This document shows, in pieces, positions 26,201 through 37,908 of a stretch of DNA of 64,000 nucleotides. The DNA is from Vezdaea acicularis (lineage: Eukaryota). Under the pieces are notes generated by a model that saw nothing but the letters and a program-made list of their open reading frames with translations, did no database searches and was not told where the DNA came from. How positions within the stretch are numbered: position 1 is the first letter of the stretch; the number at the start of each line of letters is the position of its first letter. Location: contig JAPEUI010000038.1 in the NCBI GenBank assembly GCA_026025075.1, positions 1 to 64,000 of the forward strand, written 5' to 3'. The position numbers and the translations under genes were made by a program.

Positions 26201-28676
26201 AATACTCCATCTGAATATACAAGGTCTTCCGAGATGGACGAACAGAGCGAGAGCCAGATCTAACACGTTTGAGGTTAAAGTATCCGCCTACCTCCTTTTC
26301 GCTTTGCTCCTCGTCTCCTCCTTCAGCATCAGCCGGTAATACCTCTACTTGTTGGTCTGACTCGTCACTCTCTTCATCCGTATCATATCCAAATTCTATA
26401 TTTGGATATCCGCTGGAGCTCATGAAGTCAAGACCACGGGATGTCTGTCCAAACTCGATGCTAGGTCCAGCCCGTGGGACGACGGAAGAGGAAGATTCGG
26501 TGTTTGAGGTTGTCTCCTCACCAGTGTCAGATGCGACTTGAGTTTCCTCTTCAATCCAAGCTGCGAAATAACGGACTACATTTGGATGGTTCAGCCTTGA
26601 GAGAAGCATGATCTCCGACAAAACATCTGTCAGAGAATTTGTTGAATTCTGGCTTATCTTCTTCACAGCGTATAGCTGATTGTCAAGTTTGTTTCTCGCT
26701 TTAACGACTTCACCAAAACCCCCTTTTCCCAAACGGCCTGCTTCATCAAAATCAGCAACATATCGTGAAAGAACAATCCCCGTTCCGACCGAGTCATGCC
26801 GAGTCCTAGGAGCCCGTGGAGACAAGAGGGACATCGAGGAATGGCGAGACTCTAGTGCGGGTCTTTCAATTGGTGCATCATTTCGAAGAAATTCCTCAGG
26901 TAGGAGATTGAAGGCGCTCGGACGTTTCTTTGGATCCATACGGAATATCTTTCTAATAAATTCTTCAAGAGAATCCGAGAGGTCTGTAGAATCCAAAAGA
27001 TCTGTAGGTGAAGAGTATTTATGAACAACATCGAGCCCAAACAGTAACTGAACAAAAACGATGCCGAAAGAGAACACGTCACTCTTGCGTGTTAGCTGAC
27101 CAACATCGCCCTGAGCAAGCTCGGGAGGGAGCCAAAATGCAGACTTTGCTGTCGCTGTGCCTCTATAAGAGTAAGTAGTGTCCATTATTTCATGGAGGCG
27201 ACGTTGAAAGCCACCATCCGCTAGCTTTATTGTAGTGGAACCAGCTGAGGATCTGCAGAGTAAGACGTTACCAGAATGTAGATCTCCATGGATCAGTCCA
27301 GCACAATGCAAGAACTCGAGAGCATCAAGTAGTTGGACCGTCCAGAGTCGTATAGTTTGCATGGCTAGAGAGCCACCAGCAACCGAATCAAGTAGATCTT
27401 CCAACGACCCCTTTTTGGCATGCTCAGTTAAGATGCTGATCCTCCAAACACTAAGCCCCTCAGGGCTTTCAGACGGAATCCTATCCAGTCTAAAGTCCAA
27501 CACATCTACTATGTTTGCATGGCGCCCCCTTAAAGCCTTGAGCTTATCTAGTTCGTCATCAAGGTCCTGGATGGAGTTTTTCCTCTTTTCATTACTTGAG
27601 GACTGATCTTTGACATCCACTTGTTTCAAGACAAGTGCAGGCGCACGGTGGAGGTCTGTTGGGACGTACGGTTGAACATTAAAGACTGTAGTAACCCGCC
27701 CCTCACCAAGCTTGACCATACCATGCACTGACCGAAACGTGAAAGTATTGCCGTCTTCATCCTTGTAGGGTATTGGTTGATCGAAGGACAGGCCGCTTGC
27801 TCCACCGGCTATGTTCAGTTCTGGTTCATCTGCAACAATAGGGGGCTTCCTCTTTTTCTTTACCTCGCGAGCTGTAGTTCGCCGACGGTGCAATTCTTCC
27901 TTCACCATTCGACTCATAGTGCGCTCTAAATTTTGTGCTATCAGTCTCCACATGCATTGAACTCCAACAAATCTAGCAATACATACCTTCTTCTACAGCA
28001 GCCTCTGCCTTCCGCCGCTTCTCATCCTCTTCCTGCTCTCGCGCCAATCTTGCTGCCTCTGCTTCTTGGGACGCCCTTTCTTCTTCAAGAGTTGGAGCTT
28101 CTTGATTCATGATGATGTTACGCGCGGCCTGTTCAAGTGCCTCTTCAATTGCTTCGGCAATTTCATGGATCATCTCTCTTCCTAAGAGCTTTTTGGGCTC
28201 ATCAACAATGATCTCATTGATACGACTACGAAAATTAGGCCTCAGGTACTCTAGCCCAGATACGGACAGGAGTGGCGAGGTATTGGGATATGTAGCCGTC
28301 ATTTGCACCGTCAGGGTAACGGATATTTCTGGGTCAGATTGAGCACGGAGCTGCAATTTGAAAGCATGATCGGCGGATTTCTGTGCAAGGAGTCAGTCCC
28401 TAGACACGAGAACAGTGTTATTATTTCTTTTACATTCCATGCGGCATTTCTTGTATCTATCTCTTCGAATCCCTCGAAATAAATGGCTTGTAATGCATCG
28501 ACTTCGTCTTGTTGCACTTCCTTATAATTCAGATTTTTCATTGGTGACGAAGCTTGAGGTGGAGCCTTGCCAGGAGCTCCAGGAGCCTTTGCATCCTCCT
28601 TGAGGCCAGGGAACCCGTTTCCTGAATCATATTTGTTCGGTAGAGGCTTCTCCCAGACAGAAGATGGCGGACCCAT
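23272..28676 (-). CDS. GCN2: eIF2-alpha kinase Gcn2 (CpcC)
   Basis: RWD domain (QQDEVDALQAIY, TYPNTSP), pseudokinase, kinase (LGKGGFGEVVKARNKLD, LYIQMEYCE, HRDLKPDN, DFG), HisRS-like domain (LPFDLTLPNAR, AAGGRYD) and a C-terminal domain, across several exons. Confidence 0.97.
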
Positions 28677-29015
28677 ACTGGGGCTTTCTCCAGATGACTG
28701 AAAGAGGTAGCTGGGCCGCAAAGCTTTGCACGTCTGGAAAAGACGTTAAATGGGGCAGCCGAAGCTGCGGCCCTCTAAAACATTGGTCGCAACATGATTT
28801 AATACCCTTCCTCAAGAAATCTACATAATCAACGGACTATGGTGTATGATTTGTGCAAAGAAAGTGATGAATCCCGCGTGGTGGTTGCAGCTCGCTTAGC
28901 CTTATCTCCGCCCCCGCATATACCAAGTTTCTACTTCAACCCAATCACGACCCTTTAATCTAGACCTCCGAGCAGAAATCCGAGCTATACTTAGCAAATT
29001 ACCTAGACTACCACA

Positions 29016-30545
29016 ATGGTGAACATAACCGAAAAGATCAAGGAAATAGAGGAGGAAATGCGGAGGACCCAAAGTACGGAGCATTGCAGCCAGACTTCTA
29101 CGAATGGCTGATGATTGGCAGAGAACAAGGCAACGGGTACGTGTATCAATACTCGATCGATGAGCGCTGTGACCTTGAAGCTTATCTACAGGACGTCAGA
29201 ATATCACTTGGGGCTTCTTAAAGGGTGGGTCTCAGCATTCAAACCCACCGCTCTCGGCGCTGAGGATTACGCAGAAAATTAGCTAGGCTAAGGGCTCAAC
29301 TCCTTGAGCCAGCACCAGGAGCAAGCTCAGGAGCGGGAACAGGCTTCGATGTTAGCAAGAGTGGCGATGCAAGGATTGCTCTTGTTGGTTTTCCTTCTGT
29401 GGTATGTCTCTTGCTCATACTACTATTACTCTCTAACATTAGCAGGGAAAATCTACGTTCCTGTCGAAGATCACGAAGACTAAGAGCGAGGTTGCAGCTT
29501 ATTCATTCACAACACTCACGGCTATACCCGGAGTCCTCGAGTATGGGGGAGCGGAAATTCAAGTTCTTGATTTGCCTGGGATTATTGAAGGAGCATCGGA
29601 GGGCAAGGGTAGAGGTCGCCAGGTCATATCTGCCGCAAAGGTAGGGCTATGGCCTTCTTGAGTTGGTAATGGAACTAACCAAAGTTCCAGACAAGTGACC
29701 TTATATTGATGATTCTTGACGCTACCAAACGAGCTGAGCAGAGAGCTCTCCTTGAAGCTGAGCTAGAAGCCGTGGGCATAAGATTGAACCGAGAGCCGCC
29801 GTATGCCATCCTCCGAATCATGTCTGAGTATTTCTGACTTGTCTTAGAAATATCTATCTCAAAGAGAAAAAGGCGGGCGGAATGAAGATTACTTTCCAGT
29901 CGCCTCCCAAGCAGCTGGACGAGAAGATGCTGTACAACATCCTGAGGGACTACAAGATGCTGAATTGTGAGGTCTTAGTCCGAGATGAAAACGCGACCGT
30001 TGATGATTTCATTGACGTAATCATGAAAAGTCACCGGAAATATATTCGATGGTGAGCTGGCATCCTTGAAGCTCAATCTCCTAGCATGCCACTCTAGGGG
30101 CCGACTAATGATTCTCCATATAGTCTTTACGTCTATAATAAGATTGATAGTGTCAGCTTGGACTTCCTCGATAAGTTAGCTCGAGAGCCGTATACAGCAG
30201 TAATGAGCTGCGAACTAGATCTTGGAATCCAGGACGTTGTGGACCGTTGTTGGCAGGAGCTGAGGCTAATTCGAATTTATACAAAGCGGTAAGCGTTCCA
30301 TAGTCTCCTAAAAGATGAAAGGCCTAATTTCATCTAGGAAGGGTATTGAGCCTGACTTTAGTGAGGCGCTGATTGTGCGCAACAAGTCAACGATTGAAGA
30401 CGTATGCGATCAAGTTCATCGAACGTTGAAAGACACATTCAAATACGCTTTAGTCTGGGGCGCATCCGCACGCCATGTCCCGCAGAGAGTAGGGTTGAGT
30501 CACGTTGTGGCTGACGAAGACGTGGTATCCATTATCGCAAAATAG
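29016..30545 (+). CDS. RBG2: DRG-family ribosome-interacting GTPase, Rbg2/DRG2 type, many short exons
   Basis: Spliced [65 protein letters not shown] and a C-terminal TGS domain. The [13 protein letters not shown] signature matches DRG2/Rbg2 rather than Rbg1. Confidence 0.9.
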
Positions 30546-30749
30546 GGGGTGTCGGTCACTATATTCGCAAGGCTGAACCAAGAGATGACCCGACGTTGAG
30601 CGCGCCTCTAGCGCCTACCCCACCACACCGAAACAGACTGCCATTGCATGCTCAACATTAAGATAACCGTAGTTTTTCCCACACACGTTAGAAAAAAATC
30701 TTCAAGAATTCATCCAGCTCTAGACAATTCCCATGTTTGGTTGACACGT

Positions 30750-30769
30750 GGAATATTCGAGAACCTTCT
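30750..30769 (+). promoter_or_regulatory. Heat-shock element (HSF site) upstream of SIS1
   Basis: gGAAtaTTCgaGAAccTTCt is four perfect alternating nGAAn units, about 440 bp upstream of an Hsp40 gene. Confidence 0.8.
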
Positions 30770-31209
30770 TTGTGTTGCGGCCATACCCGACGTCATTCAT
30801 AGCTCGCCCAATCTTTGTCGCGTTAAACGAACAGTGACCCGAGTGACTGCCTGGAACAGCACATCGGCTTGCAGCCCAAAACGTGAAACCACACACGACA
30901 AATACACCTAAGCCCAATTCACCCACAATCTCTTTCCCTTTTCCGATCGATTTGAAATTTAAACTAAAAACCCTAAATTCTCAAGCAAACCCAAAAAGCA
31001 ATCTGCTAACTCGGCTTCTTTTTCCGCACGCTGAAAGCATAAGCGATAATTCCCGTTCACCGCCGGTGTTCTCTTTAGCATCCACATTAGAGTCTGGCCT
31101 CCGAGATCGCAAGATCCCCAATCGCGCAGTTATTCTTTTTCAAAGGAGTCACTTGCTGAAGGAGGGCCTTGTAGACACTTGAGGCCTCAATACCACTTAT
31201 ACAGCGACT

Positions 31210-32447
31210 ATGGTTGCCGAGACCAAATTATATGATGCCCTTGGCATCAAGCCAGAGGCCACACAGGATGAGATCAAGAAAGCCTATCGGTAAGAATGAT
31301 AGTATCACCATCTATTCTATGCTTGCTAACTTCTACTAGGAAAGCCGCATTGAAATGGCACCCGGACAAGAACACGGACAATCCAAACGCATCCGAGAAG
31401 TTCAAAGGTGAGTTTTTGCACGACCTATTCTTCGGCCTTCACATTAACATTCGTTGTAGAGGTTTCCCAGGCTTATGAGCTCCTTTCCGACCCGGAAAAG
31501 CGGAAAGTTTACGATCAATATGGACTCGAGTTCCTTCTCCGGGGCGGTACTGAGGCACCACCTCCAGGTGATGGGGGAGGACCTGGAGGGATGCCATTTG
31601 GGGGCAACTTCGCTCCTGGCGGCTTTGGTAGCATGGGTGGGGGAGGCCCACGAGCGCAGACTTTCCACTTCAGCTCCGGCGGGATGCCACAAGGATTCTC
31701 CTTTAGCAATCCGCAAAATGTTTTCGAAAACGTCTTCCGAGATTCTAGTTTTGGCGGGGACGATATATTTGGAAATATGGGGAATTTTGGTTCCGGCAGC
31801 AAGCCAAGACAAACTCGATATGACGAGGGTGCCACGAGAAGGCGGAGGGCACCCTCTCCCGAAGTCACAACGGTGGAAAGACAGCTTCCATTGACACTGG
31901 AGGAATTATTCAAGGGCACGCACAAAAAGATGAAAATCAAGCGGAAAACATTTGACGAAGGTGGAAAGCGGAACACACAGGACCGAATACTGGAGATGGA
32001 CATTAAGCCCGGCCTCAAAGCAGGCAGCAAAATTAAGTTTAAAGGAGTGGGTGACCAAGAGGAAGGGGGGACTCAGGATTTACACTTCATCATCTCCGAG
32101 GTAAGTGATCACCATGTAGATGTTGACTACCACGTACTGATTACTCAACTCAGAAACCTCATATTATGTTTACTCGTGAGAATGACGACATTCGAACCAC
32201 AATTGACCTCGACCTCAAAGAGGCCTTGACAGGCTGGCGAAGAACAGTTACGACTATCGACGGGAAGCAAGTCTCGTTATCAGGATCCGGCCCTACGGCT
32301 CCTGGCTTCGAAGAAGTATTCCCTGAGCTTGGAATGCCCAACAGCAAAAAGCCCGAACAAAGGGGCAAGTTCATTGTAAAGGTTAACGTCAAGTTCCCGC
32401 CGTCGTTAAGTGCGGCACAGAAGACTCAATTGAAGCAGATTTTGTAG
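31210..32447 (+). CDS. SIS1: Type II Hsp40/DnaJ co-chaperone Sis1/Psi1
   Basis: [12 protein letters not shown]...[12 protein letters not shown]-domain, G/F-rich region and DnaJ C-terminal domain. Three introns. Confidence 0.95.
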
Positions 32448-32966
32448 ATACATGGAGATATGAGCAGTATTAGTCTGCCCTAGGATTACCCAGGCGTTGA
32501 TGGCGTTTTGCATTCAGCTCCAGATTCATTTAGCAGGGGAGCCGGTATGTTCTTGAATGGTTTCTCGCATCCGCGTATAGGATATGTTATGAGGAATGAA
32601 CAATGACTAAAGGAGGCAGCGATAGAGCATACGAACAATGGGAGAATTTATACTTTCATCTCAATATAAATGAATATATCTACTATGGCTCTAGTTTTTC
32701 CCGCTCCATATCTTCATCAACAATACTTCCTTGTATCCCCACCCGAGTGGACCATCTCCTCGTTCGGCAAATCCCGAGCTATGACAGGAAACTTTCCGCG
32801 AAGCGATTATGCACTCGCACCCCAACTCGCCCAATTACCACCCATCCGCAAATACTCGACATCCGACCCCTTCAACTTCCAAGCCCTTTACGAATTCATC
32901 CGGGCCGAAGACGCCAACGACCTCGCCATGAATCGACGCGCCAAGCCACGACCGTCAAGCGCAGCA

Positions 32967-33746
32967 ATGTGGAACGACGACAGCGGCGCGCCCCGAGACC
33001 GAGACGACCGCGGAGGGCGCACAGCCAGAAACGGGCGGGGCCGCGACAGTCGTGATGAAGGGCGTGATCGAAGACGTAGCCGGAGCAGAGACTATCGCCG
33101 GGCAAGCCCTGAACGCAGTCGAAGCCGTAGTCAAGACCGATACGTGGGCAAGCGCGGCAGCGGCAGACGCGATGGCCGAGATAGATATGCCGGCGACGAC
33201 AGAGATACGGGGCGTCGAGAGCACGACCGAAGAGACAGAGATGAGCGAAGAGAGAGGGACGACCGAAGAGACAGAGATAGAGACGGCGGTGATCGAGACC
33301 GCGACCGCGCCCGTGCCGGTCGACGAGGTAACCCTACTTCTCATGCCCATCCCGTCCTGACATTCAGGCCCAAAACTCACTTCCTCTTCCAAACCCTAGA
33401 GCCACGACCCTCCCGCCGCTCACGCAGCCCCCACACATCCACACACCCGTACCGCACACGCACGCGTTCACGCTCGCGCTCGCCACGGCGACGTTCTCGA
33501 TCCCCAACCCCGCGAGACGCAGACGAGCCTATGCCGACGGTCGAGCCGGTCGAGGATGAGGCCGTGGCGGAGCCCGAGGTCGATATGGATATTGGCGCGA
33601 TGATGGGCTTTGGTGGGTTTGGCACGACGAAGCAGAAGAAAGTGCCCGGCAATGATATTTATGCCGTCAGGAAGGAGAAGAAGCTCGAGTATAGGCAGTA
33701 CATGAATCGTGTGGGAGGGTTCAATAGGCCGCTTAGCCCGTCGTAA
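32967..33746 (+). CDS. SNRNP27: U4/U6.U5 tri-snRNP 27 kDa protein (RS/RD-rich)
   Basis: RD/RS-rich N-terminus and C-terminal MMGFGGFGTTKQKKVPGN...YRQYMNRVGGFNRPLSP. Probable 72-nt intron 33328-33399. Confidence 0.9.
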   Translation: MWNDDSGAPRDRDDRGGRTARNGRGRDSRDEGRDRRRSRSRDYRRASPERSRSRSQDRYVGKRGSGRRDGRDRYAGDDRDTGRREHDRRDRDERRERDDRRDRDRDGGDRDRDRARAGRRGNPTSHAHPVLTFRPKTHFLFQTLEPRPSRRSRSPHTSTHPYRTRTRSRSRSPRRRSRSPTPRDADEPMPTVEPVEDEAVAEPEVDMDIGAMMGFGGFGTTKQKKVPGNDIYAVRKEKKLEYRQYMNRVGGFNRPLSPS

Positions 33747-34203
33747 ACGTACTTTACCGGCCGATTGGTCAATTTGTGCTTGTGGCTGGAGCTGGGCGAT
33801 AGCACGATCTGGAGCTAATGGGTCTCATGGGATGGAGTTTGGGGGACTTGAAGAATGCCAGAATTCTTCTCACGGACCATACCTAGCGAGGTTGCTTTGC
33901 ATTTGCAGATGCGTTGTAGGCAATATTCAAGTTGCGGGAATATTATGAAAAGGGCAAGAATGAAACGCAGCTACAATTGATTGCAAGCTCACGATATTCT
34001 ACAGGCACAGTTTTAACAATGATGAAAATGATTCGCAATGATCCTGCCCAGAAACAAATTTTTTGAGAGTAAAAGCCACTAATCATGAGCCATCAACTAT
34101 GAGGTCTGACGGCTTACCCTAGTCTGCAGTGCATTACCTTTCTTCTCGTCATCCTGATGCATCTGTCTCTTTATTCTCGAATGGGTTTCTCATCGCAATG
34201 CAT

Positions 34204-35266
34204 TTAAGCACCTTCGTCATCATCTCCGACACGAAGAGTGCCCTCACGCTTGCCGAAGCCGTGAACCCAAACGCCATCTAGATGGAGATTTCTGCGACAT
34301 GTTAGCTATATTCTAGCGAAGAATGCAAGGTGAACCTACGTCGTTGGGAGGTAGGCGTGAGTGACGAGAAGCCAGAGTCCAAATACAGGCTTGGCAAGCA
34401 CGTCCAAGACAGCATAGCTCAAAACCTCGGCGTCTACGCTCACTTTGCGTGAGCCATCGCTAATACCCCAGACAATTGGGTAGATCGTCCAGATGATTAG
34501 AGTGAATCCTGCGATTGAGCCGAAGAACGCGGCACTCTTCGTATCCTTGCTCGTTACCACACGGCGGCCATTGACGGCAAGCTGATAGATGATCACGAGA
34601 TAGGCAAGGCAGGCAATGGCGTAGTAACCCCATTTCTGACCACCTTCCCGGCCAAATGCTGCGAAGAGGCCAGTAAGAATCATGACAAGGTCGGCAACGA
34701 TAGCAATGAGGATATCTGCTCCACTGAGTCCAGCTAGGAGAGCCAGATCTAGAAGCAAGAGCGGAGTAGTGACACTCCAGTCGATGTATCGAGCCCAGAA
34801 GACTTGTCGATAGACATCCTTGTAGGTATCTTGGTGCTTATGCTTAACGGTCACTGTGGTCTTGGAATAGGAGATCCCATCACCGGTTGCCATGGCAAAG
34901 TAAGAAATCGTGGCAAAGAGCGTGATAAACGTTGTCAAGATGTGGAAGAGGCGATTTTTCTGAGAATCGATGAGAATCGGTCAGAGGTACACGGAAGGTT
35001 ATCACTTACAGTTGGGACCCGATAACCAAGGACAGAAAAGATAATGGTAGCAATAAGCATAATTACAAACACCACCCTAAAAAGTGCACCATTAGCAGAA
35101 GGCTACACGGATGCTTAAAACTGGAAGAAACATACCATAGTGTCTGCTTGCCTGCAGAACCTATCTTCTCATACTCGGGGTAGTTCGGCGTCATTGTGGG
35201 AAGAGGAAAATGACTCGTTGAACTTGACGTGGTTGGGAGTAGGGTAGTCTTCAGGTTCTCGAGCAT
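34204..35266 (-). CDS. Fungal microbial (type I) rhodopsin, Leptosphaeria-rhodopsin-like proton-pump type
   Basis: Four exons. Helix C WARYIDWSVTTPLLLLDL and helix G YAVLDVLAKPVFG retain the retinal lysine. The last exon is NLHLDGVWVHGFGKREGTLRVGDDDEGA*. Confidence 0.93.
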
Positions 35267-36415
35267 AATGCAGCTTCTTTCAACTATCAGACGGTGATGG
35301 AACGATGGGTACGAAGTTCGAAGGTGAAGGTTGATGGGAGAAAGAAGTATTAATGCCGTAAAGAGGGGGAAAGAGGAGCTCGGCTTGGTTGCGGGGGCGG
35401 TCACAAGGAAGGAAGGGACATTGGCATAGCCGCGTACGGTTGCAGGGTTGCAGGGCGATGATGACACTTTTTATGCACTACCTACTTACGCCAGCCCCTT
35501 TGCAGCCTGGTACTTCCACCACAACCAGATATCCCGTGGCTCTCAGAGGCTCGCGATTCGCAGAGAGCTATCATCTGCTTCACATGATCCGTGCTTAAGG
35601 CGACTAACAAAGGCGCCTCGGGACCGATCCGACGTTCTTGCGAGATGTTTCGTCGATCGCCATAAGAGCTCCCATCCCCGTTGATACCTCCCGTCTACTT
35701 GGATATTCGTTCTTGAATCCAAGCCTCGACATTTGCCTTCTTATCTCTAAATCGTGGCGCCTAGGGACATCATTCTGCCCCAGCTTGCGAACTTGGCTGC
35801 CTAGCTACGAGTTTCGGTTTCGGATTGGCGTTAAAGTGATGACGAAATCCCTTGTTGTACCGAGGCCGAGCTTCCCCACATTTTCATAATTTCGGTGGCG
35901 CCAAGCTAGATCAAGGCCTAGAATCAATGCGCATAATTTTATACAGCCGCATACACTTACCCACAACAGTTCCCCGTGCATCTCAAGGTTTTCATGCGGC
36001 ATTACCAGCTACATATATACGTTCCACAACAGCATCATTTTGCAACTCTCGGGGTGACAATCAGCTTGATATCTTGAAAGTAGTTTAAAGGTCCTAATCA
36101 CGTGGGGTGCTCTGCCCGACCACATACGTTTCCTAGCTCAACGTGCATAACGCATAAAGCTGGCCTAGTCTATAGGTTTATTACATCTGCGTTTGATAGC
36201 TGCCAAAGAACATCTCGGCTGCAAGGTTGAGAGCCTTATACACATGTCGTCCCCCCCTGTAGGGGATCTAACCTGGTGTTAAGGCACAGCGGCCAAGTAT
36301 ATTCGAGATGTGGATGTTCTAAGTTCCTTACTATAAGGTGTGTGTATGTACAATGACCGTCCCAAGAAATCAACGCCCCAGTATATGCTGTCCGTGGCGA
36401 CCTTATCTGTGCTCC

Positions 36416-37079
36416 CTAGTCCCCTCCGCTACTTGCTTGACCCGTATAATACTGCATTACTATCAGCTCAACTAAGATTCCAAGTCCTCGCACCTCTCCG
36501 TCCAGTCAGGGACCGACGAACCTCTTGGATCTCCCTCGCTAACTTGTGGTCCTCCGACCTTCTCTCGGGTATCTTCCAATTGTTCACGCCGTACCACCAG
36601 ACTCGGATTTTCGCTATCATCGGAACCTTGATTCAGTAGCCGTTGAAGAAGAAGTAAATTGCTTCTGCGCGAGACTTACAGCCAATTGTCCTTCCGGAGA
36701 ACTCTGCCCCTTTATTCCAGTGTCTCCAACCTGCCAGCGCCAATGTCCACAGCGTGCCCTGTAGCAGTGGCATGACGAGCTGATCACGGAATGTAATCCA
36801 TATGATGCCCTGCGTGTCCTTCCCCTCTATACTCTTCAGATAGCTCTGCTCAAACCTAAGATCCGGCAAAGGCGGTAGAGTCGCCCTTCTACGCACAGGT
36901 CTTATGTCGTACTCCGGTGTTTCGTCTGAGTCAATGGCATCGCTATTTGCGCGCACTACTTTGACTGGCTCTTTGGACGATGCTGCGGTGGAGGGGTTGA
37001 TATCACGGCGAGGTGATGGAGAGCGCTTTATACTCGCTGTTTGGATCGTTTCTGCGATTTGAATCGCTGCATCCTCCAT
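36416..37079 (-). CDS. DUF1770-like conserved fungal membrane protein, 3 exons
   Basis: IAETIQTASI, LPPLPDLRFEQSYL, RDQLVMPLLQGTLW, spliced to KIRVWWYGVNNWKIP and a short final exon YYTGQASSGGD*. Confidence 0.8.
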
Positions 37080-37437
37080 TGTGGTCGACTCCCTGTTGTT
37101 TGCGAAGGTTGGTGATTTTCTGATTTCTCGGGCTTGATCTCGGATTGGCGAGTCCGGAAACGAAGACAATCTAGCGGAACTCGATGATTCTACAAAATGC
37201 AAGAGAGAAAAAGATGTAATTAAAAACCTGCTCCTGCTTGGGTATATTATGTCTCTAGCAATTTTTAGTGTATTTTTCAACCTGCATACAAATTCTCGAG
37301 GCTGGCTTCGAAGAAGTATGAGCCGATGCAAAATGCCTACGTCGTGGTTGCGTCGTTTCTTTCCATAAAATAATCGAACGCCAGGTCGTTCTATCTACAC
37401 GGCAACAAGATACGATTCCATCAACACAGCGTTAAAT

Positions 37438-37908
37438 ATGAGTACGATATATCTCCGAGGTAGTTGCTTCTGTGGCGCGACTTCGTACACAAGTACAGCA
37501 CCGTGTGATCATATTGGGGACTGTTTTTGCGTCACATGCCGTGGAAGGCATGCAGCTGCCTTTGCCACATACGCACGTTTTCCACGTTCAGCTATCACAT
37601 TCGCGCGCGAAGACTCTCTAGAAACACTACGGGACAGTGAGATTGCAAGGCGATATCGATGTTCAACGTGTAAAAGTCTCATAGGAATGGCATATCTCTG
37701 TACGCCGGAAGACTTGCACATTTCCGCCTCAACCATCGACGAGAGTACTTTGAAGGAACCTCTTCCCAAGACAGGCAGTCATATATTCGTTGCACAGAAA
37801 CCCTCGTGGTACACCATAGCAGATGATATACCGCAGTATGAATTCTTCAACCCCGAGTTTAAGGAGAAGCTTGATCGGTGGGAGTGGTTAAGGAATGATG
37901 GGAAATAA
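37438..37908 (+). CDS. GFA/CENP-V (Mss4-like) zinc-binding protein
   Basis: GSCFCG...CFCVTCR...RYRCSTCKS...HIFVAQKPSW; single exon, 156 aa. Confidence 0.88.
   Translation: MSTIYLRGSCFCGATSYTSTAPCDHIGDCFCVTCRGRHAAAFATYARFPRSAITFAREDSLETLRDSEIARRYRCSTCKSLIGMAYLCTPEDLHISASTIDESTLKEPLPKTGSHIFVAQKPSWYTIADDIPQYEFFNPEFKEKLDRWEWLRNDGK

Noticed and set aside
32670..32966. 99-aa N-terminal extension of SNRNP27 in the ORF track
   Set aside because: It looks like promoter/5' UTR sequence. The RD/RS-rich protein starts plausibly at ATG 32967.
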